A stretch of 24,000 bases of DNA from Ralstonia chuxiongensis. GTDB lineage: Bacteria > Pseudomonadota > Gammaproteobacteria > Burkholderiales > Burkholderiaceae. The stretch is taken from positions 523,919 to 547,918 of the forward strand of contig NZ_JAMYWC010000004.1 of assembly GCF_024158925.1 (NCBI RefSeq), written 5' to 3'. Positions 16,300 to 24,000 of the stretch are shown here, one piece after another; positions within the stretch are counted from its first letter, which is position 1, and each line of letters starts with the position of its first letter. The notes under the pieces are model-generated. The model was not told where the DNA came from. It worked only from the letters and a program-made list of their open reading frames with translations, and did no database searches. The position numbers were made by a program, and so were the translations under genes.

Positions 16300-18078
16300 A
16301 TGGCAAAACGGCATCCGCGACAATCCAAATCCGACGCAACGGCACCGGCGCGACCCGATCGCGACCCGAAACACCCGGTCGCCACCGAGATCCGCGTGCC
16401 GGCCATCCACGACCTCGCCAAACGCTTGCGCTTCGCTCCGCAGCAAGGCCGGATCTGGTTGGACGACCAACGCATGATGCTCATGCACATCAGCTCGCTC
16501 GGCGCGCTGAGGCAAGAGCTCATCGAAAGCCTGGGCAAGGAAACGGCGCGTGGGCTGATCACCCGCATCGGCTATCAGGCCGGTACGCACGATGCCGCCA
16601 TGGCGCGCAAGGTTCGCGCAGGCTTCAACAGCTACGACGACTTCCTGGCAGGCCCGCAACTGGTGTCGCTGGAAGGCATGGTGCATTGCGAGCCGGTCGC
16701 ACTCGATATCGATGTACAGCGTGGCCACTATTTCGGCGACTTCTACCTGATCGACAGCTCCGAGGCCGAGGCCCACGTCGCCAGCTACGGCATCGGCAAC
16801 GAACCGGTGTGCTGGATGTTGATCGGCTATGCGTGCGGATACACCAGCGCATTCATGGGCCGCCCCATCCTCTGGCGCGAGATCGAGTGCCGCGGCATGG
16901 GGCATGCGAAATGCCGCGTGGTTGGCAAACCCGTTGAAGAGTGGGAAGACGCCGAAGACGACCTGCGTTTCCTGCAGATTGGCGATTTCGTCAAGTGGGC
17001 GCCCCAACACGAGGCGCCATTGCCCGCCACAAGCCGCATTGCAGCGCGTCTGGCCGCCGCACCGGCAAACAGCTTCGGCGTGGTTGGAATCTCGGCCGGT
17101 TTCAACACCGTCTGCCATATGGTGAACAAGGTGGCCCCCACCGAAGCCACCGTGCTGTTCCTGGGCGAAAGCGGTGTCGGCAAGGAAGTCTTCGCCAACA
17201 ATCTGCATCGCCTGAGCAAACGCGCCGACGGGCCATTCGTCGCCGTCAATTGTGCGTCGATCCCCGAGCATCTGATGGAATCGGAATTGTTTGGCGTGGA
17301 GCGTGGCGGATTCACGGGCGCGACCACATCACGGCCCGGGCGCTTTGAACGCGCCGACGGCGGGACGCTCTTCCTCGATGAAATCGGCACGCTCAGCCTG
17401 ACAGCACAAGGCAAACTGTTGCGTGCGTTGCAGCAGGGGGAAATCGAGCGCGTGGGCGATACGCGCACACGCAAGGTCAACGTGCGAGTGATTGCCGCAA
17501 CGAACGTGAACCTGCGCGAAGCCGCCAAGGCGGGCCAGTTTCGCGAAGACCTGTTCTTTCGGCTGAACGTTTTCCCGATCCAGGTGCCGCCACTGCGCGA
17601 ACGGCGGGACGACATCCCGCTGATGATGAACTGGTTCCTCCAGCGCTTGGCCAAGAAGCACGACAAACAGATCACCGGCTTTCGCGAACGTGCCGTCGAT
17701 GCGCTGTTCGCCTACGACTGGCCCGGCAATGTCCGCGAGCTGGAGAACATGATCGAACGCGCCGTGATCCTGGCCGAAGATGGCGGGTCACTGGACTTGT
17801 GCCATCTTTTCACCAGCGGTGAGGAGATCGACACCGCCTCGTTCATCCTCAAACGCAGCGGCAATATCGGGCAGAGCAGCGAGACGGCTGAAGACGTCGC
17901 GCCGTCCAGCACCGCCATTCCCCGGCCAGGCCTGGAGGAAACCGAGGTGGCGATGTTGCGCGCCGCCGTGGTCGAGGCCAACGGCAACCTGTCGCGCGCG
18001 GCACGGGTGCTCGGCATCAGTCGCCCGACGCTGGCTTACCGGCTTCGCAAGTATCACATTCCGGTCGACGGAAGCTGA
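16300..18078 (+). CDS. tbuT: Sigma54-dependent transcriptional activator, XylR/DmpR/TbuT family (aromatic-sensing A domain + AAA+ + Fis-type HTH), about 592 aa
   Basis: A-domain motifs ([15 protein letters not shown]4R-like [17 protein letters not shown]...[16 protein letters not shown]). Walker [15 protein letters not shown] loop, [22 protein letters not shown]-terminal [26 protein letters not shown]. Start at ATG 16300 has GAGGAG just upstream. In-frame alternatives are ATG 16129 and GTG 16234. Confidence 0.9.
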   Translation: MAKRHPRQSKSDATAPARPDRDPKHPVATEIRVPAIHDLAKRLRFAPQQGRIWLDDQRMMLMHISSLGALRQELIESLGKETARGLITRIGYQAGTHDAAMARKVRAGFNSYDDFLAGPQLVSLEGMVHCEPVALDIDVQRGHYFGDFYLIDSSEAEAHVASYGIGNEPVCWMLIGYACGYTSAFMGRPILWREIECRGMGHAKCRVVGKPVEEWEDAEDDLRFLQIGDFVKWAPQHEAPLPATSRIAARLAAAPANSFGVVGISAGFNTVCHMVNKVAPTEATVLFLGESGVGKEVFANNLHRLSKRADGPFVAVNCASIPEHLMESELFGVERGGFTGATTSRPGRFERADGGTLFLDEIGTLSLTAQGKLLRALQQGEIERVGDTRTRKVNVRVIAATNVNLREAAKAGQFREDLFFRLNVFPIQVPPLRERRDDIPLMMNWFLQRLAKKHDKQITGFRERAVDALFAYDWPGNVRELENMIERAVILAEDGGSLDLCHLFTSGEEIDTASFILKRSGNIGQSSETAEDVAPSSTAIPRPGLEETEVAMLRAAVVEANGNLSRAARVLGISRPTLAYRLRKYHIPVDGS

Positions 18079-18087
18079 CCCGTGCAA

Positions 18088-18117
18088 GCCTGGGCGACAA
18101 GGTTTCGTCGCCCAGGC
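18088..18117. terminator. GC-rich hairpin between the convergent tbuT-like and tbuX-like genes (putative bidirectional terminator)
   Basis: GCCTGGGCGAC-aaggtttc-GTCGCCCAGGC, an 11-bp perfect stem centred in the 48-nt gap between two convergent stop codons. No U-tract on either side, so function is inferred from position only. Confidence 0.55.
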
Positions 18118-18126
18118 ACGCGCGCC

Positions 18127-19503
18127 CTAGAAGCGCTTCTGATACGCAATCACGGCGTTGACTTGCGAGTGCGTCACGCTGATCGGCACCGCCGTATTGG
18201 GCTGGCTCGAATTGGCCAGCGTCTTGCGCAGCGCTACCGACAGCGCAAAGTCGATCACATCGTTCTTGCCGATTGCATAGGAAACGCCACCGGTCAGGCT
18301 CGTCGTGGGCGTGGCGGGCACCACGGCCAAAAGCATGTTGCCCGGAATGGCCTCCCGCGCGTAATGGAACCCGCCACGGAACGTCCACTTTGCGTTGTAA
18401 CGGTACTCGGCGCCGATCCCGAACACGCTGATATCGCGGTAGTTCTGCGGCAGCGACAGATCCAGATTGGCACCCGTGCCTGACTGCACGAACCCGACGT
18501 TCATGTCCTTCATCACGCTTGACCAGAACACACGCTGGTAGTCCGCTGACACCAGCAGCTGATCGTTGAACCGATGACTGATGCCTACGGTCAGTTGCGC
18601 GGGCATCTGGAAGTTTCGAACCGTCACGTCGCCCTTGAGCGGGATGTTGCCTGCGACCGAACTGACGGCGGCAAGCGTTGCTTGGCCCGTGAGGTCGCCA
18701 ACATGCGTCTTCGCGTTATACGCGGCACCGATGCGGGTATCCGGCGTGACCTGATAGGTCAGACCCAGCCGCCCGCCAATGCCCCAGGCCTGAGCGCCGC
18801 CCCCGACCGGGGCATTGCGTGCGAAGTTGATGTAGCCGCCGGAAAGCCCTGGCACGCCCATCAAGGTGGGAACAAGCGTGCCCGAGACGCGCCCCTGGCC
18901 GGCCAGCGTGCCGATCTGGGAGACATCCAACAGTGTCCCGAGATTCAGCGAGGTCCAGACCGCATCCAGCGATGCGCCCACGGTCAACTTGTCGGTGACT
19001 TGGTATGCCGCCGAAAACGGCACACGCAACACCAGCAGACGTGAGAACTGGTCCAGCCCGGTGTCCACTCCGTTGGAGGTGCGCGAAAGGAAGCTGCTGC
19101 CACCGTATTGCGTCCCGAGGCCACCCTCCGCGAAAATGCCCGCCCCAAACGCGTACCTGCCCTGCCGATAAACGAACGCGGTCTGCGGCGCAAAATACGG
19201 GCCGTTGTTATTGCCGTGGTTGCCCGAACTCGCTGTCTCGCCGGTTGCGGTATTCGTGGCCTTGATGTCGGTCGACACGACATCGAGCCCCAGGCTGAAA
19301 TGGCGGCCATCGCCCATCAGGCTAAGCGTCGCGGGATTTTCCATCATGGCGGCGGCCCCGATATCGAAGGCCGCGCCCGTTCCGCCCATTGCGCGCGAGA
19401 TCGGACCAAAACCCTCCAGATTGAACACGTCTGTCGCCCTGGCGTGGGTCCCACAGACCGCAACACAGATGGCCGTGGCCGCGCGAACGTAGTTGCCTTT
19501 CAC
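18127..19503 (-). CDS. tbuX: FadL/TodX/TbuX-family outer-membrane aromatic hydrocarbon channel, about 458 aa
   Basis: Mature-like sequence TDVFNLEGFGPISRAMGGTGAAFDIGAAAMMENPATL... and a C-terminal ...AVIAYQKRF (terminal Phe) typical of the FadL family. Start set at GTG (complement of 19501-19503), 6 nt after an AAGGAG SD, giving the signal peptide (M)KGNYVRAATAICVAVCGTHARA/TD. The track ORF extends to 19743, across the promoter. Confidence 0.88.
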   Translation of the reverse strand: MKGNYVRAATAICVAVCGTHARATDVFNLEGFGPISRAMGGTGAAFDIGAAAMMENPATLSLMGDGRHFSLGLDVVSTDIKATNTATGETASSGNHGNNNGPYFAPQTAFVYRQGRYAFGAGIFAEGGLGTQYGGSSFLSRTSNGVDTGLDQFSRLLVLRVPFSAAYQVTDKLTVGASLDAVWTSLNLGTLLDVSQIGTLAGQGRVSGTLVPTLMGVPGLSGGYINFARNAPVGGGAQAWGIGGRLGLTYQVTPDTRIGAAYNAKTHVGDLTGQATLAAVSSVAGNIPLKGDVTVRNFQMPAQLTVGISHRFNDQLLVSADYQRVFWSSVMKDMNVGFVQSGTGANLDLSLPQNYRDISVFGIGAEYRYNAKWTFRGGFHYAREAIPGNMLLAVVPATPTTSLTGGVSYAIGKNDVIDFALSVALRKTLANSSQPNTAVPISVTHSQVNAVIAYQKRF

Positions 19504-19638
19504 GGGTGTCTCCTTGTCTATTGATTGATGCGAGATAACAAGACGGCGGCACTGCCCGATCGCGACGAACATGCGCCGCGGACACACCGCCGGAATCGCG
19601 ACCGGCAAAGCGCTGCTGCGCGGTCGCGGGAGTCGGTT

Positions 19639-19654
19639 TGCAGAAGGCATGCCA
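19639..19654 (-). promoter_or_regulatory. Sigma54 (-24/-12) promoter of the tbuX-like gene
   Basis: Minus strand reads TGGCATGCCTTCTGCA with correct GG/GC spacing. The -12 region TTCTGCAAA is identical to that of the phenol hydroxylase promoter at 10864-10879. It would give a leader of roughly 120 nt. Confidence 0.75.
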
Positions 19655-19676
19655 GTTGCGACCGCCTCGCCAAATA

Positions 19677-19700
19677 ATCTCGATATTTCAAGGGAAAACC
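19677..19700 (-). promoter_or_regulatory. Conserved 24-nt upstream element (copy 2)
   Basis: ATCTCGATATTTCAAGGGAAAACC is 23/24 identical to 10902-10925 and has the identical 22-nt offset from its -24 element. Confidence 0.5.
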
Positions 19701-19819
19701 ATGACGTTTCGGCTCGATTTCCCGCGCGTGTTCCGGGCCCCAAGTAGGGTCGCCTGCTCCCGGTACGGAGACCTCCTTCTCCTTTTTGACGATTTGGTGG
19801 GATTGGTCAGCATCGGCGC

Positions 19820-19835
19820 TTGATCAATTGATCAA
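19820..19835. promoter_or_regulatory. Perfect 16-bp palindromic EBP upstream activating sequence
   Basis: TTGATCAATTGATCAA is its own reverse complement. It lies about 165-180 bp upstream of the tbuX-like -24 element and about 115 bp upstream of the second EBP gene start. The flanking CGCTTGATCA is identical to 10991-11000. Confidence 0.7.
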
Positions 19836-19949
19836 AGCCCTCGCCCCTGCCGGAAACCCCGCTGTTTCCGGTGCTTGCTGTCTTCCTGCTTATCCAGGAG
19901 AATATCGAGATTCCGGCCAATTCCGCCCTCACCCAGGAGGCCGCGCGCT

Positions 19950-21644
19950 GTGCAAGCCAAGTTCAATTACCCCTCAGACGCCGACCTGCGGCGCCTGCTG
20001 CATTTCGAACCCGAGAGCGGCACCATCTGGCTGGGCGAGCGGCGCATGCTGTTGCTGCACACCGCCGCGCTGAGCGGTTTGCGGCAAGACCTGATCAATT
20101 CGGTAGGGCCAGTTCATGCGCGCCGCCTGTTGACCCGCATGGGGTATGCCTCCGGGCGTCGCGATGCCGAATTTGCTCGCAAGACGCGTGGAGCGCTGTC
20201 ACTCGATGCCGCCTTCATGGTCGGCCCGCAGTTGCACATGCTCGAAGGGGCGGTGCGCGTCACACCGGTCCAGCTCGACTTCGACCCCGCGAGCGGGCGG
20301 TTCTTTGGCGAGTTCCGCTGGGACAACTCCTGGGAAGCGCACGCCCACCGCCAAGCCTACGGCGTGGTGGACGAACCGGCTTGCTGGATCCAGCTCGGCT
20401 ATGCCAGCGGCTACACAAGCGCGTTCATGGGCCGCCTTATCCTCTTCAAGGAAAGCACCTGTGCCGCATGTGGCGCCGATCACTGTGAAATCGTGGGCAA
20501 ACCGATTGATGAATGGCCCGACGGGGATGAGCAGCGCCAGTACTTTGAAGACGAGTCATTGCTCGACACCATTGCGGCGCTTAGCGAACAAGTGCAAGCC
20601 CTCAAAACCACGATCGAGTCGACACGTGAGCCGCTCGTGGCAGCGGGCATGCTGGTAGGCCGCTCGCCCGCGTTCCAGCGCGCCCACGAACTACTGAACC
20701 GTGCAGCTGCCACCCACGTGACGGTGCTGCTCACAGGCGAGACTGGCGTGGGCAAGGAGCGTTTTGCGCGGGCGCTTCACGAAGGCTCGTCCCGAGCAAC
20801 GGGCCCCTTCGTCGCCGTTAATTGCGCCGCCCTGCCGGCCGATCTGATCGAGGCCGAGCTGTTTGGCGTCGAGCGCGGCGCCTATACCGGTGCCCACGCG
20901 GCGCGCACCGGTCGCTTCGAACGGGCGGATGGCGGCACGTTGTTCCTGGATGAAGTGGGCGACTTACCGCTGCCAGCCCAAGCCAAGCTCCTTCGCGTTC
21001 TGCAAGAAGGCGAAATCGAGCGACTGGGCGCCGAAAGCACACGCAAGGTGAACGTGCGTCTCGTGGCAGCCACCAACGTCGATCTTGAAGCCGCGGTGGC
21101 CCAGGGGCGCTTTCGTCGCGATCTGCTGTATCGGCTGAACGTCTATCCGATCTGCATCCCGCCGCTGCGCGAACGCATGACCGATATCGAGCCGCTGGCC
21201 AATCACCTGTTGGCCCGTTTCACAGCCTTGCACCAGAAGCGCCTCGCTGGTTTTGGGGAACGCGCGATGCAAGCGCTCATGCATCACGACTGGCCCGGCA
21301 ACGTCCGAGAGCTGGAGAACCTCGTGGAGCGCGGCGTCATCCTCGCACCACAGGGCGAAAGCATCGAGATCGAACACCTCTTTCCGAACCAGCCCTCAGG
21401 CATGCAATCGCAGCTGAGCCCCCAAGGTCGCCTGGCACCCGTGCGGCTCGAAAGCGAACAGACCCTGTGCGCGCGCATTCTGGACAGCGGCCTGAGTCTC
21501 GAAGCATTGGAAACGCAGCTGCTTGACCTTGCGGTCGAACGCGCCAAGGGCAATCTTTCCGGCGCCGCACGCCAGCTGGGCCTCACACGCCCCCAATTGG
21601 CCTATCGCCTCAAGCGGCATCTAGACAGAGGTAGCGAAGAATGA
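19950..21644 (+). CDS. Sigma54-dependent transcriptional activator, DmpR/PoxR/PhlR-like (phenol-type), about 564 aa
   Basis: With a GTG start the N-terminus (V/M)QAKFNYPSDADLRRLLHFEPESGTIWLGERRMLLLH is collinear with the DmpR N-terminus. AGGAGG SD lies 9 nt upstream of GTG 19950. Walker A GETGVGKE, GAYTGA loop, [39 protein letters not shown]. The track ORF starts at ATG 19875 (Arg/Ser/Pro-rich extension), which is less likely. Confidence 0.9.
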   Translation: MQAKFNYPSDADLRRLLHFEPESGTIWLGERRMLLLHTAALSGLRQDLINSVGPVHARRLLTRMGYASGRRDAEFARKTRGALSLDAAFMVGPQLHMLEGAVRVTPVQLDFDPASGRFFGEFRWDNSWEAHAHRQAYGVVDEPACWIQLGYASGYTSAFMGRLILFKESTCAACGADHCEIVGKPIDEWPDGDEQRQYFEDESLLDTIAALSEQVQALKTTIESTREPLVAAGMLVGRSPAFQRAHELLNRAAATHVTVLLTGETGVGKERFARALHEGSSRATGPFVAVNCAALPADLIEAELFGVERGAYTGAHAARTGRFERADGGTLFLDEVGDLPLPAQAKLLRVLQEGEIERLGAESTRKVNVRLVAATNVDLEAAVAQGRFRRDLLYRLNVYPICIPPLRERMTDIEPLANHLLARFTALHQKRLAGFGERAMQALMHHDWPGNVRELENLVERGVILAPQGESIEIEHLFPNQPSGMQSQLSPQGRLAPVRLESEQTLCARILDSGLSLEALETQLLDLAVERAKGNLSGAARQLGLTRPQLAYRLKRHLDRGSEE

Positions 21645-22390
21645 AACGCGCCATACAAGCCGGCGTGTCTGGCGCACAAGCGGCCAGCACAACCACGGTT
21701 GCGCATGCAGAACCCGAAGTGCCCCGAACCCTATGCGAGCGCGCTTACCTCGATCTGCGGCAAGACATCATTCAGGGCCGTCTGGCTCCGGGCGAGCGCC
21801 TGCGCGTTGAACACCTCAAGGATCGATATAACGTGGGGGCCGGTACGCTGCGCGAAGCGCTGGCGCTCCTCGTCTCGGACGCGCTCGTCACGGTGGAGGG
21901 CCAGCGCGGTTATCGCGTGACGGGAATTTCGTTGGCCGACCTGCAGGACCTCACCGACACGCGAGTGATGCTGGAGACGGAAGCTGTGCGCTTGTCCATC
22001 CGTCACGGCGATGCGCAATGGGAAGCACACCTGCGCGCCACCTTTGACGCCCTGAGCGACGCGGAATCGCTGGGTCCATCGGCCAATCCCGAACACTGGG
22101 AACGTGCCAACCGGCAGTTTCATGAAGCACTCATCGCTGCGCACCGCTCACCGTGGAGCAAGTACCTGCTGGACCTGCTCTACCGCCATGGCGAACGTTA
22201 TCGGCGCGTGGCCATTCGGCGGGGCACCGCGCAACCCAGCAGCCGCAACGTGCATGAGGAACATACGGCCATATTCGAAGCGGCCATGGCACGGCAGGAA
22301 GCCCGTGCGGCATTGGCGGTTGAAGTGCACATCCGACTTACATACGAGTTACTGGCAAAGCTCGGACTGGAGACGGGGACGAGTGAATAA
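21641..22390 (+). CDS. GntR-family transcriptional regulator, FadR subfamily (wHTH + FCD domain), 249 aa
   Basis: N-terminal wHTH pattern (AYLDLRQDIIQGRLAPGERLRVEHLKDRYNVGAGTLREALALLVSDALV) followed by an all-helical FCD-like domain (...FHEALIAAHRSPW...HEEHTAIFEAA). Its ATG overlaps the TGA of the upstream EBP gene (ATGA at 21641-21644). Confidence 0.88.
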   Translation: MKRAIQAGVSGAQAASTTTVAHAEPEVPRTLCERAYLDLRQDIIQGRLAPGERLRVEHLKDRYNVGAGTLREALALLVSDALVTVEGQRGYRVTGISLADLQDLTDTRVMLETEAVRLSIRHGDAQWEAHLRATFDALSDAESLGPSANPEHWERANRQFHEALIAAHRSPWSKYLLDLLYRHGERYRRVAIRRGTAQPSSRNVHEEHTAIFEAAMARQEARAALAVEVHIRLTYELLAKLGLETGTSE

Positions 22391-22658
22391 AGGTAGCAAA
22401 CAGGGGATGTGATGACGTGGTGGGCGATTCGCACAAGGCAAATTTTGGCCAGGACATCCCTTCTGCCAGCGGTCACAGCGCCCATGCCGCCAGGGCCGTT
22501 TCGCGTACACACAGGACGCTACAAGTTGCAGGCCGCGCGGCCGCAGTGCCGGATTCTCGCTCGGAAGTGAGATTAAGGAGGGTTTTTCAAGCTCCTCCTT
22601 ACCCCTCTGAATGGTCCCCACCAAGTGACGCTTGCCATGATGCCGCCTAGTACGACCT

Positions 22659-22699
22659 GAAAAGAAAAAACCCCGGAGATCGTTGATCTACCGGGGTTT
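22659..22699 (-). terminator. Rho-independent terminator of icd
   Basis: On the minus strand: GAAACCCCGG-U-AGAUC-aac-GAUCU-CCGGGGUUU followed by UUUCUUUUC. It begins about 32 nt after the icd stop codon. Confidence 0.85.
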
Positions 22700-22730
22700 C
22701 TGGTTCGCCGTGAAATCAGGCGAAACGAGC

Positions 22731-23981
22731 TTACATATTGTCGATCATCACTTGACCGAAGCCCGAGCACGACACTTGAGTCGCGCCTTCCAGCAAGCGG
22801 GCGAAGTCATACGTGACCTTCTTCGACAGGATCGACTTCTCGATCGACGAGATGATCAGGTCAGCGGCTTCCGTCCAGCCCATGTGACGCAGCATCATTT
22901 CGGCCGACAGGATTTCCGAACCCGGGTTCACGTAATCCTTGCCTGCGTACTTCGGAGCCGTACCGTGGGTGGCTTCGAACATGGCCACCGAATCCGACAG
23001 GTTGGCACCCGGGGCGATACCGATACCGCCAACTTGCGCAGCCAGGGCGTCGGAGATGTAGTCGCCGTTCAGGTTCAGCGTTGCCACCACCGAATACTCG
23101 GCCGGACGCAGCAGGATCTGCTGCAGGAAGGCGTCGGCAATTGCGTCCTTGACGACGATTTCCTTGCCCGTCTTCGGGTTCTTGAACTTGCACCACGGGC
23201 CGCCGTCGATCAGCTCGGCGCCGAATTCCTTCTGTGCCAGCGCGTAGGCCCAGTCACGGAAACCACCTTCCGTGAACTTCATGATGTTGCCCTTGTGCAC
23301 GATCGTGACCGACGGCTTGTCGTTGTCGATCGCGTACTGGATGGCCTTGCGCACCAGACGCTCCGTGCCTTCCTTCGAGACCGGCTTGACGCCGATACCC
23401 GAGGTTTCCGGGAAGCGGATCTTCTTGACGCCGAACTCGTCCTGCAGAATCTTGATCAGCTTCTTGGCCTTGTCGCTCTGGGCTTCGAATTCGATACCGG
23501 CGTAGATGTCTTCCGAGTTCTCGCGGAAGATGACCATGTCGGTCTTCTCCGGCTCTTTGACCGGCGAGGGCACGCCCTTGAAGTAGCGCACCGGGCGCAG
23601 GCAGACGTACAGGTCCAGCTCTTGGCGCAGCGCCACGTTCAGCGAACGGATGCCGCCGCCCACCGGCGTCGTCAGCGGGCCCTTGATCGACACCACGTAG
23701 TCCTTCAGGACTTGCAGGGTTTCTTCCGGCAGCCACACGTCCGGGCCATACACCTTGGTCGACTTCTCGCCGGCGTAGATTTCCATCCACGAAATCTTGC
23801 GCTCGCCCTTGTAAGCCTTCTCAACCGCTGCGTCCACCACCTTGATCATCACCGGGGTGATGTCGAAGCCGGTGCCGTCACCTTCGATGTAAGGAATGAT
23901 CGGGTTGTTCGGAACGTTCAGGGAGAAGTCTTGATTGACAGTGATCTTCTCGCCGGCCGGGACCTTGATGTGTTGATACAT
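22731..23981 (-). CDS. icd: NADP-dependent isocitrate dehydrogenase, 416 aa
   Basis: [45 protein letters not shown]...[27 protein letters not shown]... is highly similar to E. coli-type Icd, including the regulatory Ser region. Full-length ORF with a terminator. Confidence 0.96.
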   Translation of the reverse strand: MYQHIKVPAGEKITVNQDFSLNVPNNPIIPYIEGDGTGFDITPVMIKVVDAAVEKAYKGERKISWMEIYAGEKSTKVYGPDVWLPEETLQVLKDYVVSIKGPLTTPVGGGIRSLNVALRQELDLYVCLRPVRYFKGVPSPVKEPEKTDMVIFRENSEDIYAGIEFEAQSDKAKKLIKILQDEFGVKKIRFPETSGIGVKPVSKEGTERLVRKAIQYAIDNDKPSVTIVHKGNIMKFTEGGFRDWAYALAQKEFGAELIDGGPWCKFKNPKTGKEIVVKDAIADAFLQQILLRPAEYSVVATLNLNGDYISDALAAQVGGIGIAPGANLSDSVAMFEATHGTAPKYAGKDYVNPGSEILSAEMMLRHMGWTEAADLIISSIEKSILSKKVTYDFARLLEGATQVSCSGFGQVMIDNM

Positions 23982-24000
23982 GGACGACTCCAGTGCAGAC

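Noticed and set aside
19504-19743. 80-codon N-terminal extension of the tbuX-like ORF
   Set aside because: It contains the gene's own -24/-12 promoter. The extension would bury the signal peptide, whereas GTG at 19503 has an AAGGAG SD and yields a canonical signal peptide.
22412-22650. Small ORFs in the GntR-icd spacer (52 aa starting at 22412; 77 aa at 22417..22650)
   Set aside because: They are Arg/Pro/Ala-rich with no SD, no recognisable fold signature and overlapping frames. They are more likely non-coding.
1-24000. Search for CRISPR arrays, tRNA/rRNA genes, IS elements, integrases, terminal inverted repeats and toxin-antitoxin or defence genes
   Set aside because: No regularly spaced direct repeats, no tRNA-like cloverleaf signatures (for example a GTTCGAATC T-loop), and no transposase or integrase-like translations in any frame. 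All sizeable non-coding segments are accounted for by promoters, enhancers or hairpins.

Overview
High-GC betaproteobacterial sequence (Burkholderiales, Cupriavidus/Ralstonia-like by protein similarity and codon bias) carrying an aromatic-hydrocarbon catabolic supercluster next to a housekeeping gene. Minus strand, about 10801 down to 1: one long operon behind a sigma54 (-24/-12) promoter. It encodes a six-component phenol hydroxylase (dmpKLMNOP-like), a XylT/DmpQ-type ferredoxin, catechol 2,3-dioxygenase, a DUF336/GlcG-like protein, 2-hydroxymuconic semialdehyde dehydrogenase and hydrolase, 2-oxopent-4-enoate hydratase, 4-oxalocrotonate decarboxylase, and the start of acetaldehyde dehydrogenase, which runs off the left edge. 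Divergent on the plus strand, 11504-16042: a four-component toluene/benzene monooxygenase (tbuA1UBVA2C / tmoABCDEF type) behind a consensus sigma54 promoter. It is followed by a TbuT/XylR-family enhancer-binding protein (EBP), a convergent FadL/TodX/TbuX-type outer-membrane channel with its own sigma54 promoter, and a second DmpR-type EBP whose stop overlaps the start of a GntR/FadR-family regulator. The right end (22731-23981, minus) is NADP-isocitrate dehydrogenase with a clean intrinsic terminator. I found no tRNA/rRNA genes, CRISPR arrays, IS elements or integrases. I do not see a wholly new enzymatic system, since the genes belong to well-known families. The observations worth a second look are regulatory. 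Two of the three sigma54 promoters are near-identical paralogous modules sharing a 24-nt upstream element at identical spacing. An oriented ATATCGAGATT/TCGAGATT core recurs upstream of all four transcription units. Both EBPs deviate from the canonical GAFTGA motif. The GntR gene is translationally coupled to the second EBP. A strong hairpin sits between the monooxygenase operon and its activator gene. Many long ORFs in the supplied track are antisense artefacts of high GC content and were rejected.
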